64,000 nucleotides of DNA from Actinomycetota bacterium. Its GTDB lineage: Bacteria > Actinomycetota > UBA4738 > HRBIN12. A program made the position numbers and the translations under genes. The stretch spans positions 96,150 to 160,149 of the forward strand of contig JBBEAY010000017.1 of the NCBI GenBank assembly GCA_040882605.1, written 5' to 3'. The notes beneath the pieces were generated by a model. That model ran no database searches. It was not told the DNA's origin and saw nothing but the letters and a program-made list of their open reading frames with translations. Shown here piece by piece: positions 28,733-38,164 of this stretch (position 1 is the stretch's first letter; each line of letters opens with the position of its first letter).

Positions 28733-28834
28733 ATGGCCAGCAAGGACAAGGGTGGCGCCAAGGGGTCGAAGACGGCGGCCAGCAAGACGTTGAAGGAGAA
28801 GCGCGCGGCGAAGAAGGCGAAGGGATCCAAGTAG
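28733..28834 (+). CDS. Possible 33-aa lysine-rich micro-protein
   Basis: Below the track cut-off. GAAGGAG + 5 nt + ATG, then MASKDKGGAKGSKTAASKTLKEKRAAKKAKGSK*. Confidence 0.45.
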   Translation: MASKDKGGAKGSKTAASKTLKEKRAAKKAKGSK

Positions 28835-28923
28835 GGCAAAGCAAGCAGCGCCGAACCTCCACACCCGCCGCCGTGCACGGTGGGGGTTTCGCGGGCCGGG
28901 TGAGCGGATACCCTCGGTCCACG

Positions 28924-30015
28924 ATGTCCGCACCCGCTCGAACTGACCCGTCTCACCGGATCTGGTCCTCGCTCCGCGTGGCGATGCTCGCGCCTATCTC
29001 CTGGCGTGTGCCTCCGCGCCACTACGGACCGTGGGAGCAGTTCGTCTCGCTGCTCACCGAGGGCCTGGTCGAGCGCGGCGTCGATGTCACGTTGTTCGCG
29101 ACGGCCGACTCGATCACCTCCTCGAGCCTCGTCGGCACTGCGCCGACCGGCTACTCCGAGGACGAGACCCTCGACGCAAAGGTCTGGGAAGGCCTGCACA
29201 TCTCGACGCTCTTCGAGCGTGCGGACGAGTTCGACCTGATCCACAACAACTTCGACTTCCTTCCGCTCACGTACAGCGGGCTCGTCGAGACCCCTGTCGT
29301 CACCACGATCCACGGGTTCTCGTCAGATCGCATCGTGCCGGTGTTCGAGCGCTACTCCCACCGGAGTCACTACGTCGCGATCAGCGAGGCAGACCGCCAC
29401 CCGAGCCTCGATTACGCGGCGACGATCCACCACGGCATCGACATCGCCCAGTTCCCGCTCTGCGAAGCGCCCGAGGATGCCCTGCTGTTCTTCGGGCGCA
29501 TCCACCCCGACAAAGGCGTCGAGGAAGCGATCGAGGTGGCCGCGCGCGCCGGCATGCCGCTCACGATCGCCGGCATCGTGCAGGACGCCGCTTACTTCGC
29601 CGAACGCATCGAACCTCACATCGACGGGGAGCGCGTCACCTATGTGGGTTCGGTCGGCCCGGGCGATCGCGCGGCACTGCTGGGGAGCGCGGTAGCGGTG
29701 CTGCACCTGATCAACTTCGAGGAACCGTTCGGATTCAGCGTCGTGGAGTCGATGGCGTGTGGCACGCCGGTCGTCGCGAACCGTCGCGGCTCCATGCCCG
29801 AGCTCGTGCGCCACGGCGAGAACGGTTTTCTGGTCGATTCCCTCGACGAGGCGGTCCTCGCGGTCGGCGAGGCACGCGACCTCGACCGGGCCGCGGTCCG
29901 GGCGTCGGTCCGGCGCCGGTTCGACGTGTCGCGAATGGTCGAGGAGTACCTCACGCTGTACCGGCGCATCGTCGACCCGAACCGGACGTTGACCCCCGTC
30001 CGCCGTGCGAGCTGA
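28924..30015 (+). CDS. GT4-family (GT-B) glycosyltransferase
   Basis: Track ORF 28873..30015 trimmed to MSAPARTD. EEPFGFSVVESMACGTPVV and GENGFLV (E-x7-E region). Confidence 0.8.
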   Translation: MSAPARTDPSHRIWSSLRVAMLAPISWRVPPRHYGPWEQFVSLLTEGLVERGVDVTLFATADSITSSSLVGTAPTGYSEDETLDAKVWEGLHISTLFERADEFDLIHNNFDFLPLTYSGLVETPVVTTIHGFSSDRIVPVFERYSHRSHYVAISEADRHPSLDYAATIHHGIDIAQFPLCEAPEDALLFFGRIHPDKGVEEAIEVAARAGMPLTIAGIVQDAAYFAERIEPHIDGERVTYVGSVGPGDRAALLGSAVAVLHLINFEEPFGFSVVESMACGTPVVANRRGSMPELVRHGENGFLVDSLDEAVLAVGEARDLDRAAVRASVRRRFDVSRMVEEYLTLYRRIVDPNRTLTPVRRAS

Positions 30016-31240
30016 CGCCACGAGCGAGGCGTTCCGGCTCGGCGTCAACTACTGGCCCGCCCGTACCGCCATGCGATGGTGGGGGAGGTTCGACCGCGAT
30101 GAGGTTGTTCACGACTTCGCGCGCATCGCCGCGAGCGGCATGGACTGTGTGCGTGTGTTCCTGCTGTGGGAAGACTTCCAGCCCGAACCCGACCGGGTAG
30201 ACCACGCTGCGCTCGACCGGCTGATCGAGGTGGCCGACGCGGCCGCCGGTGCTGGGCTGGCGCTCATGCCCACCCTGTTCGCCGGCCACATGAGCGGGGT
30301 GAACTGGATCCCCGGCTGGGCGCTCGGCGGCGCCGAGCGCGATGACCGGTTCAGGGTGGCAAGCGGGGGCCAGGTCGCCGACCGTGGGCTCCGCAACTGG
30401 TACGTCGACGTCGAACTCGCGCAGGCGCAGGCGACGCTTGCGGGCGAGGCCGCGACCGCGCTCGCGGGTCACGAGGCGCTCTGGGCATGGGACCTCGGCA
30501 ACGAGAGCTCGAACTGCGTCGTGCCGCCCGACCGCGAGCACGGCCGGCGGTGGCTGGGGCAGATGACCTCGGCGATCCGAGCCGCCGACGCATCGGCGTC
30601 CATCACGATCGGGCTCCACATGGAGGATCTGGAGCAGGACCGCAGCATCGGGCCGAGAGAGGCCGCGCACGTGTGCGACTTCCTCACGATGCACGGATAC
30701 CCGATCTACGCGGCTTGGGCCGGCGGCGCATCGGACGAGCATCTCGTGCCGTTCTTGGCCCGAATGACGCGCTGGCTCGGCGGTGGGGCCGAGGTGTTCT
30801 TCTCCGAGTTCGGCCTGCCGACATCGCCGCCCGGCGAGCGCGCCGAAGGCGAGACCGGCGCCGCGATGCTGGTCACCGAAGCCGAGGCCGCCCGGTACAC
30901 GGCCCTGGTGCTCGAGGGGCTGCGTCTGGGCCGATGTTCGGGCGCGATGGTGTGGTGCTACGCGGACTATGCGCGAGAGATGTGGCCAGTACCTCCGCTG
31001 GACGAAGCCACGCACGAGCGGTCCTTCGGGCTGTGGCGCTCGGATGGGTCGGCGAAGCCTGCCGTGTCGGAGGTCGCGGCCTTCGCGGGCAGACCTCGGC
31101 TCGACGACACGCTCGGGAGCAAGGCCGGCGGCGCAGCCGAGTTCATCGACATCGATCCGCGGACCTACTGGCTCGATCCGGCGCCCGAGCTCGCGCGTTT
31201 GTACCGGCGCTATCGGGAGATGGGTTCTTCCAGCACGTGA
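30005..31240 (+). CDS. Glycoside hydrolase, GH5/cellulase-superfamily-like (TIM barrel)
   Basis: 411-aa track ORF whose GTG overlaps the GT4 3' end by 11 nt. GVNYWP, VRVFLLWEDFQP, DLGNESSN (acid/base NE), FFSEFGLP (nucleophile E). Confidence 0.7.
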   Translation: MRADATSEAFRLGVNYWPARTAMRWWGRFDRDEVVHDFARIAASGMDCVRVFLLWEDFQPEPDRVDHAALDRLIEVADAAAGAGLALMPTLFAGHMSGVNWIPGWALGGAERDDRFRVASGGQVADRGLRNWYVDVELAQAQATLAGEAATALAGHEALWAWDLGNESSNCVVPPDREHGRRWLGQMTSAIRAADASASITIGLHMEDLEQDRSIGPREAAHVCDFLTMHGYPIYAAWAGGASDEHLVPFLARMTRWLGGGAEVFFSEFGLPTSPPGERAEGETGAAMLVTEAEAARYTALVLEGLRLGRCSGAMVWCYADYAREMWPVPPLDEATHERSFGLWRSDGSAKPAVSEVAAFAGRPRLDDTLGSKAGGAAEFIDIDPRTYWLDPAPELARLYRRYREMGSSST

Positions 31241-31422
31241 TCGGCGCAGAACCGATGCCGCGCCCCGTCGTTGTAGACCGAGCCGATCGACGGCCTGCCG
31301 CAGGCCTCGCCGATCGCCGCCGAGGAGGGACCGACGCCTTGAGCAGGCTCGCGATCTCGGATCATCTGTTGCAGGGAGAGCGCGACGTCGACGTGCTGGC
31401 AGGCGAGCATCAGGTCGGTCAT
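31210..31422 (-). CDS. Hypothetical 70-aa protein (weak BFD-like [2Fe-2S] resemblance)
   Basis: Track ORF with high GC3. Cys/His spacing only loosely BFD-like. Overlaps the GH gene end by 31 nt. Confidence 0.3.
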   Translation of the reverse strand: MTDLMLACQHVDVALSLQQMIRDREPAQGVGPSSAAIGEACGRPSIGSVYNDGARHRFCADHVLEEPISR

Positions 31423-31530
31423 GGGTGCAGTGTGCGCCGTGTCATGCTCGCGGGGAATCGGCTGTTGGCCGCACGTTGCTCGGCACCGGTCTCGATCTCG
31501 AGCCGCGCGGGGGAGGCCGTCTGCGTGTTT

Positions 31531-31701
31531 TCAGGCAGGGGCCAGCGTGCGGAGCTTGTAATAGGCGCGTTCCACCATGAACCTGGAATCGGCCGACGAC
31601 GGATCGGCGACCGCCGCGCGCAGCCAGCCTTTGACCTCGTCGACCTCGACCGACTCGGCGTTCAGGCGGCTCGGGCGCGTGAACCGCTTTCCTCGCACCA
31701 T
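31531..31701 (-). CDS. Small ORF or gene remnant (56 aa from ATG; the protein-like frame extends upstream without a start codon)
   Basis: My translation: MVRGKRFTRPSRLNAESVEVDEVKGWLRAAVADPSSADSRFMVERAYYKLRTLAPA*. The same frame reads ...RTIDVDKIAEALRLVEQDQLGDAAKLLGS upstream, overlapping the helicase 3' end. No SD. Confidence 0.3.
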   Translation of the reverse strand: MVRGKRFTRPSRLNAESVEVDEVKGWLRAAVADPSSADSRFMVERAYYKLRTLAPA

Positions 31702-31723
31702 GGAACCGAGTAGCTTCGCGGCG

Positions 31724-32998
31724 TCACCGAGCTGATCTTGTTCGACCAGCCGGAGCGCCTCTGCGATCTTGTCGACGTCGATGGTTCGTACCTCCGTTCG
31801 GCTTGCGAGCTTGCCCGTTGCCGCCCTGGTGCTGTGGAGCCTTCGAGAGTCCAGCCTGCACGAACTCCGCGTTGAGGTCGAGTGTCTTCGCGATGCGACC
31901 GACCTCCATGCGCTGATCGGGAGTGACGAATGTCACGCCCTCGCCCCCCCGGCCGGCGCGAGCGGTGCGTCCGACACGGTGAACGTACGCCTTCTCGTCG
32001 GCGGGCGCATCGAAGTTGATGACGTGGGTGATGTCGTCGAGGTCGAGGCCACGCGCAGCGACGTCGGTCGCGACCAGCACGTCGTTCGCGCCGCTTGCGA
32101 ACCGGCCGAGCGCCCGCTCGCGTTGGGGCTGCGACATGCCCCCGTGCAGCTCACCTGCGCTGAAGCCTTCCTTGCGCAGGTTGCGCGCGAGCCGGTCGGC
32201 GCCGCGCTGGGTGCGAACGAAGATGAGCGTGAGACCGCGGTCGCCGGCGAGCTCGCGCACGAGGGCTCTCGTCTTCTGTGGGTGTTCGACGGCGATGAAG
32301 CGATGGGTCGCGTGGTCGATGTTGGGCCCCGCTTCGCCGCTCTCGTGCAGCACGGCGTCGCGCGTGAACCGCTTCGCGAGGCGTCCGACCTCGCCGTCGA
32401 GCGTGGCCGAGAACATCATCGTCTGACGGTCGGGCCGAAGCATCTCGAGGATGCGCGTCACGTCGGGCAGGAAGCCCATATCCAACATGCGGTCGGCCTC
32501 GTCGAGTACGCAAGCGCGCACGCGATCGAGACGCAGGATCTTCCGAGCGACCAGATCGAGCAGTCGTCCGGGGGTCGCGATCACGATGTCGGAATGCCGC
32601 GCTCGCTTGGCCTGCGGGCCTATGCCCACACCCCCGTACACGGCCGCGACCTGCAGGTGCTTCACGTCGGCGATCGCTCGGAACTCCTCGGTGACCTGGC
32701 TCGCGAGCTCGCGAGTCGGTGCGAGGATCAGACCGGTCGGGCTCCTGTCGCTCGGGTGTAGGCGCTCCACCAGTGGCACGGCGAAGGCGAGCGTCTTGCC
32801 CGAGCCTGTGCGCGAGCGCGCGAGCACATCACGGCCCGCGAGCGCGTCGGGCAGCACGAGCGATTGGATCGCGAAGGGCCGCTCGAACCCGCGCATGCGC
32901 AGCACCTGAGCGATGGGCTCCGAGACGCCGAGCTCTCGGAAGGTCGGTTGGTCGGTTGCGTGTTCGATCGTTCTCGCGGTTGCAGCGTCGGTCCTCAC
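31724..32998 (-). CDS. DEAD-box ATP-dependent RNA helicase
   Basis: Track ORF 31724..33148 trimmed to a GTG at 32998. TFRELGV (Q-motif region), SRTGSGKTLAF, VLDEADRMLD, SAT, VATDVAARGLD, HRVGRTARAG. Basic RG-rich tail. Confidence 0.85.
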   Translation of the reverse strand: MRTDAATARTIEHATDQPTFRELGVSEPIAQVLRMRGFERPFAIQSLVLPDALAGRDVLARSRTGSGKTLAFAVPLVERLHPSDRSPTGLILAPTRELASQVTEEFRAIADVKHLQVAAVYGGVGIGPQAKRARHSDIVIATPGRLLDLVARKILRLDRVRACVLDEADRMLDMGFLPDVTRILEMLRPDRQTMMFSATLDGEVGRLAKRFTRDAVLHESGEAGPNIDHATHRFIAVEHPQKTRALVRELAGDRGLTLIFVRTQRGADRLARNLRKEGFSAGELHGGMSQPQRERALGRFASGANDVLVATDVAARGLDLDDITHVINFDAPADEKAYVHRVGRTARAGRGGEGVTFVTPDQRMEVGRIAKTLDLNAEFVQAGLSKAPQHQGGNGQARKPNGGTNHRRRQDRRGAPAGRTRSAR

Positions 32999-33240
32999 GG
33001 TTCGGTGTGTCCTCTCCTGGTCGTTCGTTCGGTGCGCGTCGAGGGCAGGCGCCTCTGCGCAGGGAAACGCCCAGGAAGGGCGAAGCGTGCGAAGGATCGC
33101 GAGACATCGTCGCGCGCGCGTCTCATTCGAGATCGGCGCGTTCCACATCAGGATACTCGATGCAGCGACCCGTTCGGTGGACTTGCGCTCACCGAACGTC
33201 TGGCGTCACCATGACCTTTCCAGGATGGGGGAGGCACGGC

Positions 33241-34080
33241 ATGCGCACGACGAAAGTGATCGCGCTCGTCACGGTGGTGGCCGCGGTGGCTGCGAGCTTC
33301 GCAGTGGGGCTCGCCTCAGGCTCGAAGCGGGGAGGCGACGACACCACCACGCTGCCTGGATTCTCGCGTGTGGTGAGTCTCAGCCACATCAACGCGCCGA
33401 CGCAGACGCCGCTGTTCCCGGGCGATCCAGCGTTCAGGTTCACCACGGTCGCAACCGTGGCCGACGACGGCTTCTACATGCAGTACGTACGCGAGGGTGA
33501 GCACACCGGCACGCACTACAGCGCGCCGTGCCACTTCCGCGAGGGGAAGCCGTGCGCCGAGGATCTCGACGCCGCCGACTTCGTGTTGCCGGCGGTCGTC
33601 GTCGACGTGCGCGATCAGGTGGCCGCCGATGGCGAGTACGAGGTGACAAAGGCGGATCTGCAGGCGTGGGAGACCACGTACGGTCAGATGCCCGCAAGCG
33701 CGGCCGTGTTGCTGTGGACCGGATGCGGGCGCTTCTGGGGCCCCGACATCGCGCGGGACGAGCCGACGTACTACAACTGCGGACAGTCGGGCGCGAGGTT
33801 CAGCCAGCCTGGGTTCTCGAAGTTCGCGGTCCGGTGGCTGATCGACACAGGCGTGCTCGCCAAGCGCGGCGCGCTCGGCACCGACACGTTCGGCCCCGAC
33901 CCCTCGAGCGATGCCCTGTTCATCGAATCGTGGCTCACGCTCAACCGGCACCGGTTCACGCTGGAGAACCTCACGAACCTCGGCGAGATGCCGGCCACGG
34001 GAGGTTGGATCGTGATCGGCGGCCCGCGCAACGGTCACGGCTCAGGCGCGGCCAGCACCGTCTTCGGCCTCGTGCCGTAG
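33241..34080 (+). CDS. Cyclase-family protein (kynurenine-formamidase-like), secreted
   Basis: Track ORF 32719..34080 trimmed to MRTTKVIALVTVVAAVAASFAVG (signal). EHTGTHYSAPCHF metal motif. Confidence 0.75.
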   Translation: MRTTKVIALVTVVAAVAASFAVGLASGSKRGGDDTTTLPGFSRVVSLSHINAPTQTPLFPGDPAFRFTTVATVADDGFYMQYVREGEHTGTHYSAPCHFREGKPCAEDLDAADFVLPAVVVDVRDQVAADGEYEVTKADLQAWETTYGQMPASAAVLLWTGCGRFWGPDIARDEPTYYNCGQSGARFSQPGFSKFAVRWLIDTGVLAKRGALGTDTFGPDPSSDALFIESWLTLNRHRFTLENLTNLGEMPATGGWIVIGGPRNGHGSGAASTVFGLVP

Positions 34081-34096
34081 GCCGTCGGCGCGGCGG

Positions 34097-34116
34097 CGCC
34101 GGCGGATGCGCCGGCG
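34097..34116. terminator. Hairpin CGCCGGCG-gatg-CGCCGGCG between convergent genes
   Basis: 8-bp perfect stem in the 39-bp gap between the cyclase stop (34080) and the arcA stop (34120). Confidence 0.35.
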
Positions 34117-34119
34117 GCC

Positions 34120-35346
34120 TCAGGCGTCTATGGCGTCGCGCTCGATCGGGCACGACATGCAGCGAGGGCCGCCGCGTCCGCGCCCGAGCTCCTCGCCTTC
34201 GATCGTGATGACCTCGATGCCGCCGTCGCGGAGCTTCTGGTTCGTGTCGACGTTCCGCTCGTATGCCACGACCACGCCCGGTGCGATCGCGAGCACGTTG
34301 TTCCCGTCGTCCCACTGTTCCCGTTCGGCTTGGAAGCGGTCGCCCCCCGTGTCGAACTGCCGGATCGCCGGCACGTCGAGCGCGCGGGCGATGGCTGCGA
34401 ATAGGTCGTCTTCCTCCTCGATCGATAGGCCGCGTGGTCCGGGCGTCACGACATAAGTCGTCATCGCGTCGCGCACGTCAGGGAAGATCGTGAACGCGTC
34501 GACGTCGAGCATCGTGAGCACGGTGTCGAGGTGCATGCTGGAGCGTTGCTCGGGGATCTCGACCGCGATCACCCGGGTCGCGGCGCCCGCCGAGAACAGG
34601 CGCGTCGCCAAGATCTCGACGGCGGCCGGATCGCTCCGCTCACCCATGCCGATCAGCACCGCGCCGTTGCCGATCACCAGGGTGTCGCCGCCTTCCAGGA
34701 ACATGGGGGCGTGGGTATCGTCGCTCCAGACCTCGAAGTCGGCGCCGGTGAACAGCGGGTGGTGGCGGTAGACGGCCGACAGGTGCAGTGATTCCCTGAT
34801 GCGCGCGGGCATCGCCATAGTGCTGATCGACACGCCGTCGTAGATCCAGGCCGAGGTGTCACGCATGAACAAGGTGTTGGGCAACGGCGTCGCCACGAAC
34901 CCCCGGCCCATGCGCCGCACGATGCTGTCGCTCGTGAAGGGCAGCTCCTCGAACGTCACACCGGCGATCAGATGCTCGGCGAGCTCGGCCGAGCCGAGGG
35001 CCATGAGCCACTCGCGCACCTCGGGTCCGAGGGTCGGGCCGAGCAGCGCCGGATCGAGGCTCTGCACCAGCTCAGCCCGCACATCGGGTTGCCCGAGCAC
35101 GTCGGCCAGTAGATCCTCGAGGTAGACGATCTCGACGTCGCGCGCCGCGAGCGCTGCAGCGAAGGCGTCGTGCTCTTGCTGGGCGCGCCCGACCCAGAGC
35201 ACACCGTCGAACAGCAGCTCGCGCGCGGTGGTGGGTGTGAGGCGCTTCAGCTCGAGGCCTGGTCGATGCAACATCACCCGCCGAAGCGTGCCGACTTCCG
35301 AGCCGACGAAGCATCGACCGGTTCCTTGTGAGCCTGCCGCCGTCAC
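34120..35346 (-). CDS. arcA: Arginine deiminase
   Basis: Track ORF 34120..35376 trimmed to a GTG at 35346, 2 nt after the upstream stop. [27 protein letters not shown] and the C-terminal [13 protein letters not shown] catalytic-Cys motif. Confidence 0.9.
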   Translation of the reverse strand: MTAAGSQGTGRCFVGSEVGTLRRVMLHRPGLELKRLTPTTARELLFDGVLWVGRAQQEHDAFAAALAARDVEIVYLEDLLADVLGQPDVRAELVQSLDPALLGPTLGPEVREWLMALGSAELAEHLIAGVTFEELPFTSDSIVRRMGRGFVATPLPNTLFMRDTSAWIYDGVSISTMAMPARIRESLHLSAVYRHHPLFTGADFEVWSDDTHAPMFLEGGDTLVIGNGAVLIGMGERSDPAAVEILATRLFSAGAATRVIAVEIPEQRSSMHLDTVLTMLDVDAFTIFPDVRDAMTTYVVTPGPRGLSIEEEDDLFAAIARALDVPAIRQFDTGGDRFQAEREQWDDGNNVLAIAPGVVVAYERNVDTNQKLRDGGIEVITIEGEELGRGRGGPRCMSCPIERDAIDA

Positions 35347-35347
35347 G

Positions 35348-36064
35348 TCAGCCCCGCGATGGGTGCGCGACCCCATAGAAGAACTCCGAGCCGGTCGTAC
35401 GGATGTCTGCGTTCCAGCCGATCGTTTCGAGCGAAGCCGTGAGCTCCTCGGGCCGGTAGAAGATCTTCACGATCGTGTACTCACGGCCGTCGGCGAGACG
35501 GCGCCGGTGCGCGAAGTCCGGCCCGTCATCGACGGATTCGCCGGTGGTCGAACGCCGGTGCTCGGCACCGTCGATGTCGTCGCAGAAGAAGACACGGCCT
35601 TCGGGAGCGAGCCATCCTGCGAGCCGGCGCCAGAACTCCTCGAACCGCGCGGGCGGGATGTGTGAGATGAGGAAGGCGAACACGATCAGGTCGAACCGCA
35701 CGCCCTCGGGCGGCGACCACGTGAAGAGATCGCCGTGCACGTACTCGACGGCTGGGTCGGCCACCCGCTCACGGTTGATGGCGAGCACCGGCTCGGCGGA
35801 ATCGATGGCGATCAGCCGGCCGGCACGAGGGGCGAGGTGTCGCGTGAACAGCCCGGTGCCGCACGCCAGCTCGAGCACGACCCCCGAGACGTCGAGGTCG
35901 TCGAGCGCGGCTTCCAGCTGGGCCGTCTCTTCGAACCACCGCACGTTGCCTTCGGGGCCGAGGTCGTAGACGCCGCGCCGGAACCAGATGTCGTCGTACT
36001 CAGGAGCCCGGTCTTCGTAGTACCGGCTCTGGTCCTGCAGTATCTGCTCGACCTCTCGCTCCAT
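35348..36064 (-). CDS. Class I SAM-dependent methyltransferase
   Basis: Track ORF 35348..36826 trimmed to [24 protein letters not shown]. Motif [17 protein letters not shown]. Confidence 0.8.
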   Translation of the reverse strand: MEREVEQILQDQSRYYEDRAPEYDDIWFRRGVYDLGPEGNVRWFEETAQLEAALDDLDVSGVVLELACGTGLFTRHLAPRAGRLIAIDSAEPVLAINRERVADPAVEYVHGDLFTWSPPEGVRFDLIVFAFLISHIPPARFEEFWRRLAGWLAPEGRVFFCDDIDGAEHRRSTTGESVDDGPDFAHRRRLADGREYTIVKIFYRPEELTASLETIGWNADIRTTGSEFFYGVAHPSRG

Positions 36065-36112
36065 GCGCTCGCAGGATTCTACGCGGTGCGTCTGCGCGGC
36101 TACCGTGCATAG

Positions 36113-36781
36113 GTGAGAGACGCCCCCTTGTTGCGAGGAAGCCTGCCCGTTCGGCTCGTTGCGCTCTTCGCGGGCTTGCTGCTGTTCGCCGTCGCGATCG
36201 TCTCGATGTTGGAGTCGCAGCTCGGCCTGCCCCCGTGGGACGTGTTGCACATGGGCATCGCCGAGCACACGCCGCTGACGCTCGGCAGGGCCGGCGTCGT
36301 CGTAGGTCTCGTGATCGTTGCCGCCACCTGGCTGGCCGGCACCGCGCCCGGGTTCGGCACGATCGCGAATGCTGTGGTGATCGGAGTCATGATCGACGTG
36401 CTCAGCTCGATCGATGCCGTCGCTCAGCTCTCCCAGAGCCCACTGTTCGTGCGCATCGGACTCGTGGCGCTGGGGGTGTGGCTTTTCGGGGTCGGCTCGG
36501 CCCTGTACATCGGCGCCGGCATGGGGGCGGGCCCGCGCGACTCCCTCATGCTGACGCTCACGAGACGCACCGGGTGGCGCATCGGTGTCGTCCGCGGTTC
36601 GATCGAGGTGACCGTGCTGCTCGTCGGCCTGGTCCTGGGTGGCGCGGCGGGCGTTGGCACGCTGGCTCTCGCCCTGCTGGTCGGTCCGTCGCTCGAACTC
36701 TCGTTCTGGCTGCTGTTGCGGCTCGGCCTCGCCGACCCCCGGGCTCGCGCGCCCGATTTCGGACCGCTCGACGTGGGGTAG
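36113..36781 (+). CDS. YczE-like polytopic membrane protein
   Basis: 222-aa track ORF with about six TM segments. GLPPWDVL and GAGPRDSLM motifs as in YczE/YitT-like proteins. Confidence 0.65.
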   Translation: MRDAPLLRGSLPVRLVALFAGLLLFAVAIVSMLESQLGLPPWDVLHMGIAEHTPLTLGRAGVVVGLVIVAATWLAGTAPGFGTIANAVVIGVMIDVLSSIDAVAQLSQSPLFVRIGLVALGVWLFGVGSALYIGAGMGAGPRDSLMLTLTRRTGWRIGVVRGSIEVTVLLVGLVLGGAAGVGTLALALLVGPSLELSFWLLLRLGLADPRARAPDFGPLDVG

Positions 36782-36837
36782 CGAGCGAAGTGGCCACTGT
36801 CTTGCAGGCTGGCTCGCAGGCGACATAGCGTGGTCGG

Positions 36838-37148
36838 GTGCCTGCCTGTGCCCGTCAGATCGCGCTCGTCGTCGGGGTCGCCCTCGTGGCGTTCGGCGCG
36901 GGAGCGTGGCTGGTCGACGATCCTGCGGAGCCCAGCCACGAGCGGCCGCGAGCGGGTCGCCCGTGCCCAGCCCGGTCTCGACCGAGGAGCCGATCGAGAT
37001 CCCGCCCGAGATGGAGCCGTACGACTATCGGCCCGCGCCGCCGCGAGAGCCTTCCCGGTCGACGGGTTCTACATGCGCGCGTTCACGATCGAGGAGATGG
37101 GCGGCCATTCGCTCGGCATGCCGCTCCTCTGTCTTCGGTGCGCTCTAG
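36838..37148 (+). pseudogene. Small membrane-anchored hypothetical gene apparently spread over three frames
   Basis: High GC3 moves from frame a (VPACARQIALVVGVALVAFGAGAWLVDDPAEPSHE) to frame c (SPVPSPVSTEEPIEIPPEMEPYDYRPAPPREP) to frame b (FPVDGFYMRAFTIEEMGGHSLGMP). No single frame is open across the interval with a sensible stop. Confidence 0.3.
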
Positions 37149-38077
37149 CTTGTCGAGGCAGGCATCGGCGGCGTCGTCGGCGCGTCGACGGTCGTCGTGG
37201 TCCGTGGGCTCCGTCTCGACGAGACTACGAGCACGCCGAGGCCTGCGATCGCTGTGATGGTCCACACGATGCCGCCGAGCACCGGCACGAGCCCCAGCAG
37301 TCGCACGATGCCCCATCCGGCGAGGAAAGCAACGTAGCGCGACCTCGGAGCCTTCGCGACCAGGCGACCGAGCGCGTGCGCGCCGGAAACGTAGCCGACC
37401 GTGTAGAGCAGCGCGAGGGCGAGCAAGAGGAACAGCCCGAGCGGGATGCCCACGACCGTCGCGAGCAGAATCACCGCCACGATCGGCAGCAAGAAGAAGT
37501 AGGCCAGGCCGGCGATGATCGATGCGCCCTTGCGCTCCAAGGCCGCATAGGAGATCGCGTCGTCGAGCCTCGGGGCGAGCAGCAGCAGGATCAACCCCAG
37601 CGCCAGCGTCGATAGCGAGTAGGCCAGCCACCACGCGAACCGGCTTGCGAATCCAACGTCGGTCATGTCGACATCGGTGCTGATGGATCGCTGCTCTCCC
37701 CCGATCGTCGCGCTTTCCTCGACCGTTGCCCCGCCCTGCGAGACGAGGTTGCCGCCGATCTCGGCGCCCGAGCGAACCACTACGTCGCCGTTGAAGACCA
37801 CGACGTCCTTTCGCACGACGCCCGTGATATCGACGTTTCCGTTGAAGACGACCAGCGCTTCTCTCACCGTGCCGTCGACGATCGCGGGGCCGTCGAAGAT
37901 CACCGCTGCCCCGACGGTCTCGCCCTCGGCAACGAGCATCCGGCCATGCAGCACGATCTGGTCGTCGTCGTCGGCCGCATCACCGGCCGTTTGTGCCGAC
38001 GCAGCACCCCCGAGCGCGACCGCGACGAGCAGCGCTCCACCGGCGACCATCGATCGACGGACGGTTCCGGTTTTCAT
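37145..38077 (-). CDS. Bactofilin-like (polymer-forming beta-helix) domain behind a signal peptide, fused to a C-terminal multi-TM domain
   Basis: 310-aa track ORF. MKTGTVRRSMVAGGALLVAVALGGAASAQT. Repeats VIFDGPAIVDGTVREALVVFNGNVDITGVVRKDVVVFNGDVVV. Then 4-5 TM helices. Confidence 0.75.
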   Translation of the reverse strand: MKTGTVRRSMVAGGALLVAVALGGAASAQTAGDAADDDDQIVLHGRMLVAEGETVGAAVIFDGPAIVDGTVREALVVFNGNVDITGVVRKDVVVFNGDVVVRSGAEIGGNLVSQGGATVEESATIGGEQRSISTDVDMTDVGFASRFAWWLAYSLSTLALGLILLLLAPRLDDAISYAALERKGASIIAGLAYFFLLPIVAVILLATVVGIPLGLFLLLALALLYTVGYVSGAHALGRLVAKAPRSRYVAFLAGWGIVRLLGLVPVLGGIVWTITAIAGLGVLVVSSRRSPRTTTTVDAPTTPPMPASTS

Positions 38078-38164
38078 CGTTCCCCCCTGGTCGACCCCTC
38101 GACCCCTCGACCCCTCGACTGTGCGACAGCTCGGCTCGCGAGGTCAAGGGCCGCTGGCGGATGC

